Assembly (NCBI GenBank): GCA_963712275.1
Contig: CAVQHD010000001.1
Location: forward strand, 1,088,001-1,152,000
Source of the DNA: an uncultured Rhabdochlamydiaceae bacterium
GTDB lineage: Bacteria; Chlamydiota; Chlamydiia; Chlamydiales; Rhabdochlamydiaceae
Length of the DNA stretch: 64,000 bases
Direction of reading: 5' to 3'
Each line of letters starts with the position of its first letter. Within the stretch, counting starts at the first letter, position 1. The notes beneath the pieces were generated by a model that saw nothing but the letters and a program-made list of their open reading frames with translations, had not been told where the DNA came from and made no database searches. Both the position numbers and the translations under genes were made by a program. Of this stretch, positions 29,446-38,797 are shown in pieces.

Positions 29446-30339
29446 TTATGCAACTTTAAAAAATTCATCAAGAAATCGACGATTAATCCCATACAAGTCA
29501 GCGCTGCTACTTTTCCACGTTCCTCGCTTCACTGTAAATCCAATTGTAGCAATTGTTCTACTCAATCTCAAGAATGGCATCAGTTCTTTGTAATGGGGAA
29601 CAGGGCGAATGCTGGCATAGCCTGCCAAAAAAGATGTTTTAATGGTGGGGTTAGAAGACCATTCTCCGTTTTCCAGAGGGCAAAAATCGTCTTCTGCAAA
29701 ACTGGCGCGTGCTGAGGACCAATCAATAATTCCTTGGAGCTTATCCTTGTTAACGATCAAATTCCCTGGTCGAAAATCGCGGTGTATCATACAGGGACCA
29801 TCCACCGAATCCAATAGATTGAGATGGGCATGATAATAGCTACGGCATTGATCGATCAAAGCCTGAGGCAAATGATGACGGCATTCGTCTAAACCCTCTT
29901 CAAACTTCAAAGTAAAATGAACGCGTGGATCGAGGGTTAAGCTGCTTGGTTGCGTGAGATCACCATAACCAGTCGTGCGGCTGAGGTGAATGTGCGCAAG
30001 CAGAGAGCCTATTTGATAAGCTAAAGCATCTGTCAAATCTGCTTTTTGAAGTAATTTTCCAGGAAGACACTCCATTAAGATCGCTCCATGGATATTTGCA
30101 TTTGGTTCTACAACTTGGGTGATGCGTGGAACGAGGAGCTTACTAGCAAAGTGTTTCAGGAAATATACTTCGCGTAGGTAGTCGTTTGAGCGTTCACATA
30201 TTTTTAAAATGAGTTCTGCTCCACTAGGTTGTGTCACCTTATAGACGATTGCAACGATGGCCTCCTCATGTTCGATGCGTGAAAAGGTGGCACCCTGAAG
30301 ATTGAGATATTGCTGATAAAAAGTAATGATATTATCCAT
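29446..30339 (-). CDS. Aminoglycoside phosphotransferase (APH)-family kinase
   Basis: LILKI, IHRDFRPGNL and GIIDW motifs. Confidence 0.87.
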   Translation of the reverse strand: MDNIITFYQQYLNLQGATFSRIEHEEAIVAIVYKVTQPSGAELILKICERSNDYLREVYFLKHFASKLLVPRITQVVEPNANIHGAILMECLPGKLLQKADLTDALAYQIGSLLAHIHLSRTTGYGDLTQPSSLTLDPRVHFTLKFEEGLDECRHHLPQALIDQCRSYYHAHLNLLDSVDGPCMIHRDFRPGNLIVNKDKLQGIIDWSSARASFAEDDFCPLENGEWSSNPTIKTSFLAGYASIRPVPHYKELMPFLRLSRTIATIGFTVKRGTWKSSSADLYGINRRFLDEFFKVA

Positions 30340-30359
30340 GAAGTATTCAACGGCCTTTT

Positions 30360-31733
30360 TTATTTCTTGGGATTGAACAGGTCTTTCCTAGAGAGCTCCA
30401 TCTGATAATGAGGTACTGGATGCCAGCTTGCAATAAATTCTCCAACAATTTTAAAGCCTGCCTTTTGATAAACATGTATAGCTCGTGTATTTGTCGCTTC
30501 TGGATCTATCGATACTTTTTTCACAGTTGGAAACTGACTGATTAAGAACTCTCGGATCATGGGCACGGCAAGCCCCTTCCCGAGGTAATTTAAATCACAA
30601 ATAAACAGATCCAGCGTAATTACATCTTCTCCTTCAGAGGAGGTGATCAAGAATGTAAAAGGAGTTTCTTTATCGTAACCAATCCAGTAGGTAGTGCCAG
30701 ACGTTCCCTGAAAGAATTTTTCCAAGCCATTTAAGGTATTTTGGAGGCCTATCCCATGTATCCACTCTTCAATGTGTTTTTGTTTTAGCCATTGATGGAT
30801 GAGGGCTCTTTGAGCAGGCTTTGCAGGCGCAAAGTTAAAGACTGGGTGCTTATGATTTTCTTCGATAATCTCTTGGATCACATAGCGTGCATTATTTGCC
30901 AAGGCTGGATTAGTATCTTTGTAGTAGGGCAGTGCAATCAGAGCGCAAGATAGTGCCCAACCATGGCCTCGTCGCCATGTTGCATCATCTACTCCTAGTC
31001 CTGCGCGAAAAGCGTGTCTCATATGTGTTGGTAAAAGATTCCAAGCGATAATCAGGTCGCAGGCGGGGTCTCCAACGCCTAAATTTCCAAAGTCGATAAC
31101 AGCGCTAAGTCTGCCATTTTGGATGAGGAGATTGCCGGGGGATAGGTCACCATGTACCCAAACAGGAGGTTTTGACCATTTAGGAGCTCGTAAAGCAGTT
31201 TCCCATAGGGCTGCTGCCGCCTGGACATCAATCATTTCGTCTAATTGCTTAAGAGCTTTGCGAGTCTCGATATCTTGCTGCTCTAATGGGACTCCACGGT
31301 TAGAAACCGGTCCACCTTGCAAATCGATCTTATGTAGGGCAAGAATAAATGCGACCAGATCTTGGGTCAGCAATTCAGGATCAGAAATTTGGCCCACAAT
31401 TGGATTACTGCCTTCGAGCCAATGATACACGGACCAAGGCCATGGATAATCGGCGGTTGGAATCCCTTTAGCAAGAGGAGAAGGAATAGAAACAGGCAGA
31501 TACGGTGCAAATTTAGGAAGCCATTTAAATTCTTTGTTCACATTTTCCACGGCCCAGTCGATGCGGGGAAGTCGCACAACCATATCATTCCCAAGTCGAT
31601 ACAAAGCATTATCTGTGCCAGCAGATGGAACCGGATTCAGTGGCAGATCAGCCCAATCTGGGAATTGCTTTGCGACTAGTCTTTGAACGAGTGCCAGGTC
31701 GATCTCAAACTCATCTGCATGCATTTTAGCCAT
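30360..31733 (-). CDS. APH-family phosphotransferase fused to a C-terminal AAC(6')-like GNAT
   Basis: SAGTDNALYRLG, WVHGDLSPGNLL and AVIDFG, followed by DLFI..YLGKGLA..DPEATNTRAIHVYQKAGF. Confidence 0.88.
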   Translation of the reverse strand: MAKMHADEFEIDLALVQRLVAKQFPDWADLPLNPVPSAGTDNALYRLGNDMVVRLPRIDWAVENVNKEFKWLPKFAPYLPVSIPSPLAKGIPTADYPWPWSVYHWLEGSNPIVGQISDPELLTQDLVAFILALHKIDLQGGPVSNRGVPLEQQDIETRKALKQLDEMIDVQAAAALWETALRAPKWSKPPVWVHGDLSPGNLLIQNGRLSAVIDFGNLGVGDPACDLIIAWNLLPTHMRHAFRAGLGVDDATWRRGHGWALSCALIALPYYKDTNPALANNARYVIQEIIEENHKHPVFNFAPAKPAQRALIHQWLKQKHIEEWIHGIGLQNTLNGLEKFFQGTSGTTYWIGYDKETPFTFLITSSEGEDVITLDLFICDLNYLGKGLAVPMIREFLISQFPTVKKVSIDPEATNTRAIHVYQKAGFKIVGEFIASWHPVPHYQMELSRKDLFNPKK

Positions 31734-31907
31734 GAAATATTTTTCTCCTTATTCTTGGCCGTATCAGAAAGCCCTTATTATTTTAAGAAGCTTGGCTATT
31801 TTTACATCTATTTTCAGCAAGTGACCTGAAGTCAACGGAATAAATTTTTTTTTTTACTTTCCTAAAAGATGTTTCAATAATGTCTCGAATGGGCTATTAT
31901 TTTTTCT

Positions 31908-32069
31908 ATGAAATATCAAATAGTGTTGTTCATAGGCTTTTTGCTAGTGTTAGGGGGATGTTATCAAGTGGGTCCTGAGGAGGGTGCGGTGTCGACGGTT
32001 CCTGTGACGAATAACCCCAATGCAATGCCGGGAACGATGAAAACCAGTCCCTTACCTTCAGTCTTTTAG
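31908..32069 (+). CDS. Small lipoprotein (53 aa; below the ORF-track cutoff)
   Basis: MKYQIVLFIGFLLVLGGCYQVGPEEGAVSTVPVTNNPNAMPGTMKTSPLPSVF*, with lipobox LGGC. Confidence 0.7.
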   Translation: MKYQIVLFIGFLLVLGGCYQVGPEEGAVSTVPVTNNPNAMPGTMKTSPLPSVF

Positions 32070-32110
32070 TAGATTTATTTCTCTCAATTCAGTACGGTGA
32101 AAGGTGAAGA

Positions 32111-33133
32111 TTGATGATGCAAAAAGAAGAGATTGAATACCATTTTTTTAAGGCAGATCCTCAGACTGTGCTCAAGACAATGGGGAAGGAAAAACTTCTC
32201 CATTGCCTGAGGGAAATGCTTTTGATCCGAAATTTCGAAATTCGGGCAGAAGCAGCGTATCTTCAGGGAAAAATTGGGGGTTTTTTTCACTCTTACATGG
32301 GTCAAGAGGCAATTCAGACGGCGGCTGTCCAGGTGATGGGACGGAATCAGTGGTGGATCACCTCTTACCGATGCCATGCGCTTGCCCTTCTTTTGGGCGC
32401 CACTCCGAATGAACTGATGGCGGAGCTTTTTGGGAGAGCTACGGGGAATGCCAAGGGGCGCGGCGGGTCAATGCATTTTTATACGGACCGTCTTTTGGGA
32501 GGATTTGGAATTGTAGCGGGGCAAGTTCCTGTTGCGACAGGCGCGGCTTTTTCAATGAAATACCTTAAGCAAAAGGGGGTTGCCGTTTGTTTTCTAGGAG
32601 ATGGAGCTGTAGCTCAAGGCTCTTTCCATGAAGCTCTGAACATTGCTTCTCTATGGGACCTTCCTTGCATCTACGTCATTGAAAATAACCAGTGGGGAAT
32701 GGGCACTGCTGTTAGTCGGGCCATTGCTGCGCAGCCTATTGCTGAGAAGCAAGCGGTGAGCTACAACATGAAGTCGTACACCTTCGATGGAATGGATTTA
32801 CTCAGCTGTTATGCCGGTTTTTCTCATGTGTTTGAAGAGGTTTTAGCAACATCAAGACCTGTCATTATTGAGGCTGTCACAGAGCGGTTTCGAGGGCATT
32901 CGATTTCAGATCCTGCAAGCTATCGGTCAAAAGAGCTTCTTTCAAAATGCATGGAGCGAGATCCTATTCTGATGTTTTATAAACTGCTTGTGGAAGAAAA
33001 AATCATCACGGAAGAGCAGTATGAGGCGCTTGATAAAGAGCAAAAAAACACTGTTTTAGAGGCGCTAAAATTTGCTGAAGGAAGCCCCTGGCCTGACCCG
33101 ATTACTTTAGAAGAGGATGTATTTGCCCTATGA
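32111..33133 (+). CDS. pdhA: Pyruvate dehydrogenase E1 alpha
   Basis: GFFHSYMGQEA, GRGGSMH, GDGA..ENN and RFRGHSISDP motifs. Confidence 0.97.
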   Translation: MMMQKEEIEYHFFKADPQTVLKTMGKEKLLHCLREMLLIRNFEIRAEAAYLQGKIGGFFHSYMGQEAIQTAAVQVMGRNQWWITSYRCHALALLLGATPNELMAELFGRATGNAKGRGGSMHFYTDRLLGGFGIVAGQVPVATGAAFSMKYLKQKGVAVCFLGDGAVAQGSFHEALNIASLWDLPCIYVIENNQWGMGTAVSRAIAAQPIAEKQAVSYNMKSYTFDGMDLLSCYAGFSHVFEEVLATSRPVIIEAVTERFRGHSISDPASYRSKELLSKCMERDPILMFYKLLVEEKIITEEQYEALDKEQKNTVLEALKFAEGSPWPDPITLEEDVFAL

Positions 33134-34110
33134 CTGTTCAGCTGATTGAAATGCGTGAAGCGATCCGGCAGGCGCTCGATGAAGAGATGGCTCGCGACTC
33201 CCGTGTTTTTATCATAGGAGAAGAGGTTGCCGAATATCAGGGTGCTTATAAAGTGACAAAGGGAATGCTCGCCAAGTGGGGCCCGGAGCGGGTGATTGAC
33301 ACCCCCATCGCCGAGGAGGGGTTTGCAGGCCTTGCAATTGGAGCTGCGATGACAGGACTTCGGCCTGTGGTTGAGTTCATGAGTTTCAACTTCTCTTTTG
33401 TTGCTGCAGATCAAATCATTTCAAACGCAGCTAAAATGTATTACATGTCAGGAAGCCGTTTTTCAGTGCCGGTTGTTTTTAGAGGACCTAATGGAGCAGC
33501 AGCTCAAGTCTCTTCCCAACATTCTCACTGTGTTGAATCCATTTATGGCAACCTTCCGGGGCTCATCATCCTTGTTCCGAGCAATCCTTATGATGCAAAA
33601 GGGCTTCTGAAGTCTGCTATTCGAAATAACAACCCTGTGCTTTTTCTTGAAAATGAACTCTCTTACGGGGATAAAATGGAAATCCCCACCGAAGAATATT
33701 TGGTTCCGATTGGAAAAGCCAAGGTTATCACAGAAGGAGACTGCCTCACGCTAGTCTCTCATGGACGGATGGTGCTTCTATGCCAGCAGGTTGTCAAACA
33801 ATTTGCACAGAAAGGGATTCAGATTGAACTGATAGATCTACGGACTATCAAACCGCTCGATATTGCGACGGTTGCAAATTCTGTTCGGAAAACCCACCAT
33901 GTTGTCCTCGTCGAAGAGGGACATGATTTTGGGGGGATTTGCGCAGAGGTGGGGTTTGAAATCCAAGAGCATTGTTTCGGCTTTCTCGACGCTGCAATTC
34001 GCCGTGTCACACAACGCAGCACACCAATGCCGTATTCAAAAGCTCTTGAAAAAGAGACAATGCCAACGGAAGAACGGATTACGGATGCGATCTTGGAGAC
34101 TTTAAAATAG
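33130..34110 (+). CDS. pdhB: Pyruvate dehydrogenase E1 beta
   Basis: GEEVAEYQGAYK, DTPIAE, VSSQHS and DLRTIKPLD motifs. Confidence 0.97.
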   Translation: MTVQLIEMREAIRQALDEEMARDSRVFIIGEEVAEYQGAYKVTKGMLAKWGPERVIDTPIAEEGFAGLAIGAAMTGLRPVVEFMSFNFSFVAADQIISNAAKMYYMSGSRFSVPVVFRGPNGAAAQVSSQHSHCVESIYGNLPGLIILVPSNPYDAKGLLKSAIRNNNPVLFLENELSYGDKMEIPTEEYLVPIGKAKVITEGDCLTLVSHGRMVLLCQQVVKQFAQKGIQIELIDLRTIKPLDIATVANSVRKTHHVVLVEEGHDFGGICAEVGFEIQEHCFGFLDAAIRRVTQRSTPMPYSKALEKETMPTEERITDAILETLK

Positions 34111-34121
34111 GAGAAAGCTCT

Positions 34122-35399
34122 ATGCCATTTACCCTGACGATGCCTAAACTGTCTCCAACAATGGAAGAAGGGACCATTGCAAAATGGTGTAAAAAAGAAG
34201 GAGATTTTGTTAAAGCAGGCGAAGTTCTTCTTGAGATTGCAACTGATAAAGCAACGGTTGAACATGCGGCTCTTGACGCAGGATATCTTCGCAAAATCTT
34301 AATGAAAGAAGGGGGATCTGCGATCGTCAATCAACCGATTGCGATTTTTACTGAAAAGAAAGAGGAAAGCATTGAAGGGTATAAACCCGAAGGTACTTTG
34401 CCCCAGCTTGCTGTCGCAGCTCCTGCCTCTCAGGCCTCCCAGACGTCTAATGAGAAAAAAACCGTTTCCGTTGGAATATCTCAACCCGCATTTATTCCTG
34501 AGCCGCCTCTTCAAGGGTATACATTTTCTCAGCCTCTAGAAGGGTATGTGCCCGCCTCTCCGCTTGCTAAGAGACTAGCTAAAGAAAAAGGGATTGATTT
34601 GTCGACTGTCAAAGGGACAGGCCCAGGACATCGGATTGTGAGCCGAGATCTTGATTTGGGACAGCCTGATCTTCCTGTGACTTTTGGACGGCATGAGACT
34701 CCACAGCATGCTCCTGGCACCTATGAAGAAGAGCCTCTGACGCCTGTACGTAAAACCATTGCATCCCGTCTGCAAGCTTCAAAGAGTTTTATTCCCCACT
34801 GTTATGTGACGATGGAGATTCGAGCTGAAAAACTGCTCGATCTTCGAGAGCAGCTCAAAACAGCTGGACTTCGCATCTCTGTCAATGACCTTGTCATTCG
34901 CGCCTGCAGCCTTGTTTTACGAGCCCAGCCTGAAATCAACAGCGGCTTTAACTCGGCTAATCAAACGATCATTCGATTCAAAACAGTCGATATTTCTGTC
35001 GCAGTTGCCATCCCCGATGGGCTGATTACCCCGATTATCCGGCATGCTGATTATAAGAATGTCGGAGAAATTAGCGCTGAGGTCAAAATACTGGCTCAAA
35101 AAGCAAAAGAAGGCAAACTTGCTCGAGAAGAGTATGTAGGGGGATCGTTCACAATTTCCAATCTTGGCATGTATGGAGTCTCCGATTTCAGCGCTATTAT
35201 CAACCCCCCTCAAGCTGCGATTTTAGCTGTTGGCGCCATCCAAGATAAGCCGGTGGTTGATGGTGAGCGCATTATTGCTGGCAAAGTGATGTCTCTGACG
35301 CTTTCTGTTGATCACCGCGTGATTGATGGGGCTGTAGCTGCGCTTTTCCTTAAAGCCATTCAACGGTTTTTAGAGCATCCCGCGGCTCTTTTGTTATGA
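34122..35399 (+). CDS. pdhC: Pyruvate dehydrogenase E2 dihydrolipoamide acetyltransferase
   Basis: IATDKA lipoyl site, ASPLAKRLA and DHRVIDG motifs. Confidence 0.97.
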   Translation: MPFTLTMPKLSPTMEEGTIAKWCKKEGDFVKAGEVLLEIATDKATVEHAALDAGYLRKILMKEGGSAIVNQPIAIFTEKKEESIEGYKPEGTLPQLAVAAPASQASQTSNEKKTVSVGISQPAFIPEPPLQGYTFSQPLEGYVPASPLAKRLAKEKGIDLSTVKGTGPGHRIVSRDLDLGQPDLPVTFGRHETPQHAPGTYEEEPLTPVRKTIASRLQASKSFIPHCYVTMEIRAEKLLDLREQLKTAGLRISVNDLVIRACSLVLRAQPEINSGFNSANQTIIRFKTVDISVAVAIPDGLITPIIRHADYKNVGEISAEVKILAQKAKEGKLAREEYVGGSFTISNLGMYGVSDFSAIINPPQAAILAVGAIQDKPVVDGERIIAGKVMSLTLSVDHRVIDGAVAALFLKAIQRFLEHPAALLL

Positions 35400-35419
35400 G
35401 GGAGTTTTGAGAGCTCCCT

Positions 35420-36343
35420 CTATAACCACCGTTTCCGCTGAAAGTAGACGACGGCGGCTGTAACAATCATGAGGATGACACCGAGGATATAAAGAAACGC
35501 CCAGGGGTGCGTTGAGAGGGGAAGAGAGATATTCATTCCATACAAACTTGCAATCATTGTGGGGATATTGAATAAGATCGTTAGTGCGGTCAACAGCTTA
35601 ATGGTTTTGTGTAAGTTATTTGTAAAAATGATCTGATAAGAGTCGCGGAGCGATCGAATGCTTTTTAAACTGATATTGCAGAGATCTTCCGACTGTCTGA
35701 CGGCATTGAGAAGGTCATCGAGGAGTTCATGATCTTTTTCGTAAAGATTTGTGTATTTTCCTGAAGTAATCGCTTCCAGTACGCTTCTTAGGGGGACAAG
35801 AGCGGCCATATATTGGTTTAAAATCTCTTCACTTTTTGTCAGCTCTGTGATGTCTTCGCTATCAACTGAAATGATCTCTTTTTCCTGCCGGAGAACGTTA
35901 TGCCGAACCCGTCGAATATGGGCTGTGAATTCTTGGGTAATTTTTAAAAGGAGCGAAATCAGTAGTTTAGATTTTTGAAGAGTCGACAATTTGTTTTTCT
36001 GCTCAATAAATTGGTGAATTAAATGGCTTTGATGAGGGGAAACTGTAGCGATATAATGAGGGGTTAAAATCACTGTGAGAGTTGATGTGTAAAGACCTGC
36101 TTCATACTCTGTTGGATACCGGGTAAAGATCAAAACAGTGCCTTGAATTTTTTCTACGCGGGGAATTTCAAATTTATCCAAACAATCTTGTAAATCTGCT
36201 ACTTCTAGCCCGAGCCTTTGGGCAAGGAGGGCAATTTCATCACTCGTGGCATCTTCTATATGAATCCAGCACCCTTCGCGCACCTCAGGAATGAGTTGAA
36301 ACTCTTCATCGCGAACTGTTTTATAATAATACTCAGTCATCAA
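35420..36343 (-). CDS. corA: CorA-family Mg2+ transporter
   Basis: YGMN motif between two C-terminal TM helices; ends KRWL. Confidence 0.93.
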   Translation of the reverse strand: MMTEYYYKTVRDEEFQLIPEVREGCWIHIEDATSDEIALLAQRLGLEVADLQDCLDKFEIPRVEKIQGTVLIFTRYPTEYEAGLYTSTLTVILTPHYIATVSPHQSHLIHQFIEQKNKLSTLQKSKLLISLLLKITQEFTAHIRRVRHNVLRQEKEIISVDSEDITELTKSEEILNQYMAALVPLRSVLEAITSGKYTNLYEKDHELLDDLLNAVRQSEDLCNISLKSIRSLRDSYQIIFTNNLHKTIKLLTALTILFNIPTMIASLYGMNISLPLSTHPWAFLYILGVILMIVTAAVVYFQRKRWL

Positions 36344-36501
36344 CTTGATCTATCTCAAGAGATCTGATTTTGAGCAAGGGGAGTGATACGAATGTGTCCC
36401 TATCACAGACAAAAAAAATTGCAGGATATGTTGAAATGTCTATAAAATGAGCGTGAAACATAAAAATCTTGTTAAGGAAAAACCAAAAAAAGGAGGTTTT
36501 T

Positions 36502-37116
36502 ATGAGAAACATAAACCATAAATGGAGGATTGCACAGACTGCTTTTATCCTCTCTATTTTTTTGATGAGTTATTCAAATTTGCATGCAAGAGATCTAAAA
36601 GAGAAAGTTAAAAGGGGCGTTGAAAGCGCTTCTGAAAGTATCAAAAAGAAGGTTGATGAGCTTGCAGGAGATGCTGCAGCACTTCAGTCTTATTTTGATG
36701 AGTATAATTGGAATGGCATGATTGAAGATGAGGTGACAGTAGAGCCTGCGACCTTAAGTAACGTTCAAATGAACGGTCATTCAAAGGCAACTATTGTAAA
36801 GCCTGGAGAAGAAATAGAATGTCAAGCAAATTGCTTTCTTGATCCCAATAAATGTTCTTCTTTGTCTTTCTATCGAATAGTCATTGGAATTAAGGGGGAA
36901 GGAGCACAAACGACCATTGGCAACTACTTAGGAACTGTTGCTGGAAAAAGTACCGAAAAGTGGGTACTCAGAGCTCCTGAAAAACCAGGGATCTATGAAG
37001 TTCGTTTTAGAGTTGTGACGCACTTTACAGAATCTGAGGCTTTAAAGTCTTGGGTTGATGAGAAAGGTAAAGAGCCCGATGCAAAAACAACAATTGGAAT
37101 TGTTGTAGTCCAGTAA
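36502..37116 (+). CDS. Hypothetical exported protein
   Basis: AGGAGG RBS before the ATG at 36502; signal peptide ending LHA; beta-rich C-terminus (APEKPGIYEVRF). Confidence 0.7.
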   Translation: MRNINHKWRIAQTAFILSIFLMSYSNLHARDLKEKVKRGVESASESIKKKVDELAGDAAALQSYFDEYNWNGMIEDEVTVEPATLSNVQMNGHSKATIVKPGEEIECQANCFLDPNKCSSLSFYRIVIGIKGEGAQTTIGNYLGTVAGKSTEKWVLRAPEKPGIYEVRFRVVTHFTESEALKSWVDEKGKEPDAKTTIGIVVVQ

Positions 37117-37128
37117 GAGAGAATGATT

Positions 37129-37162
37129 CCCCCCTTCCCCTAAAGGGGAAGGGGGGGTTTTT
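37129..37162 (+). terminator. Intrinsic terminator
   Basis: CCCCCCTTCCCC-TAAA-GGGGAAGGGGGG stem followed by a T-run. Confidence 0.75.
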
Positions 37163-37241
37163 GTGTAGCTGTATTTTCAACTTTTCATCTTAAAACAGTC
37201 TCTTATGCATTCAAGGGCTGGGTTGCTCACCATCCTCTTTA

Positions 37242-38036
37242 TTAATAACAAACATTAAAGGTGAGCTTTCCCCCAATGGCATTTGCATCACTATGGCTAT
37301 TTAATTTGAGGTAGTAAGGCTCTAGTCTTAAGGCCCAGTTTTTGGCATCTCCTATTTTTAAAGTCAAAGGAAAGGAGATTTCATACCCAAAGACATTGGT
37401 ATTATTATGATAAAAAGAGGAGTATTTATGCTTTTTAATTCGCTGTTCTAGGTAAACAGCATGAGTGCCTGTCAGATTAACTCCTATACTGAAATCAGGA
37501 TTAACCTCATATTCTGTTTTCATCCCCATAGCTGCATAAAGCCAGTTTTGGACATAGTGAATCGATTGGATAGGTCGTACATGGTAACCGCCAAACCCAA
37601 TGAAGGGTGTCAAATAAAAAGACTCAGGAAGATGAAAATTATAGCCAAGCCGTAATTCCGCATTGGCAAAAGCCCCCGGGACATGACCTTGATAGATTTT
37701 AGTTTTTTGATGCTGAGCTTTAATATGCATTCGACCCAAGGCATATAATCCATCAATTCCAAGATAAAGAGCATTAGGCCTTAGGAATTCATACCCTGCT
37801 GTGAGGCCATAGTAGATGCTATGGTCTTTGACATGAATCTCTTTAATAGCAGGTGCTGTGTTGGTCCAAAAAACCTCTGGGCCAAAATAAAAACGATCTC
37901 GTTTTGATGTTTGTAAGATAAGGGTTTTTGTCCCTTCTTCTGTTGTTTTGACAACAACCGTATCAGAATTTTGTCCACTTAAAGAGCAGCTGCCTATTAA
38001 GGCTACGAAAATGGTTTTTAAAGATAGTTGTTTCAT
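37242..38036 (-). CDS. Putative outer-membrane beta-barrel protein
   Basis: AGGAGG RBS and signal peptide; alternating aromatic strands (AELRLGYNF, LTPFIGFGGY); terminal Tyr. Confidence 0.7.
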   Translation of the reverse strand: MKQLSLKTIFVALIGSCSLSGQNSDTVVVKTTEEGTKTLILQTSKRDRFYFGPEVFWTNTAPAIKEIHVKDHSIYYGLTAGYEFLRPNALYLGIDGLYALGRMHIKAQHQKTKIYQGHVPGAFANAELRLGYNFHLPESFYLTPFIGFGGYHVRPIQSIHYVQNWLYAAMGMKTEYEVNPDFSIGVNLTGTHAVYLEQRIKKHKYSSFYHNNTNVFGYEISFPLTLKIGDAKNWALRLEPYYLKLNSHSDANAIGGKLTFNVCY

Positions 38037-38245
38037 AGAGCACCTCCTGTCATTGTTTTGTGTGCTTCTGAAATCAACCATATCCAAATCTAAAAAATTA
38101 ACGCAATCTTAATCGCATTTGAATCACATGCTCTATGGTATATTGAAAATATCCGTCTTTATCATTTGTTGTGAAGTTAACAATATGTTTACAAAAAAAA
38201 GAAAAAATAAAAACATAGAGGCAAGGATTTCAAAGGGGAATCCTA

Positions 38246-38305
38246 GGTAAGCTGGGAGGGATAGGTCTTTTTAAAACCTATCCCGGCCTATTCTCCCAGC
38301 TTACC
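38246..38305 (+). promoter_or_regulatory. Structured leader hairpin upstream of the repeat protein
   Basis: Outer stem GGTAAGCTGGGAG/CTCCCAGCTTACC encloses GGATAGGT/ACCTATCC and ends 24 bp before the ATG. Confidence 0.5.
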
Positions 38306-38329
38306 GAAAACCTAAAGAAGAGGTATACT

Positions 38330-38797
38330 ATGGCTATACGAACAAAAATCCGTCGAGCAGGGCATGTACATCACGCTACCCGCCCTACACGTAAATCACA
38401 AATCTCAAAAAGAGGGATTTATAACCGTGATCCGCAAGAGCTTGGACATACTTTAGAAAAAGCTCGGATCGCATCGCAAGCTCGAAGTCATGAAGAAAAA
38501 TCAGAAGCTGCACGTAGAGCAATTCAACACCGTGATCCGCAAGAGTTAAGAGATACGCTTCAAAAAGCTCGCATGGCATCGCAAGCTCGAAGTCATGAAG
38601 AAAAGTCGGAAGCTGCCCGCTTGGCAATTCAACACCGTGATCCTAAGGAATTACATGAGACGTTGCGAAAAGCTCGCAAAGTATCGCAAGCTCGAGGTTC
38701 TCACGGTCATGGAGAAGAACAGTTTCATTCTGCGCAAAAAGAGGATCAGGATGGAGGGATTGTTTCTTATCTTCAAAACATTGATGAGGGGATTTAG
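38330..38797 (+). CDS. Small hydrophilic protein with 35-aa tandem repeats
   Basis: About 2.7 copies of RDPQEL..TL.KAR.ASQARSHEEKSEAAR.AIQH. The 105-bp units start at 38425, 38530 and 38635 and differ at many synonymous positions. Confidence 0.8.
   Translation: MAIRTKIRRAGHVHHATRPTRKSQISKRGIYNRDPQELGHTLEKARIASQARSHEEKSEAARRAIQHRDPQELRDTLQKARMASQARSHEEKSEAARLAIQHRDPKELHETLRKARKVSQARGSHGHGEEQFHSAQKEDQDGGIVSYLQNIDEGI

Noticed and set aside
35398..35420. GAGGGAG...CTCCCTC hairpin as a P3 remnant
   Set aside because: Too short to distinguish from an ordinary terminator between convergent pdhC and corA.
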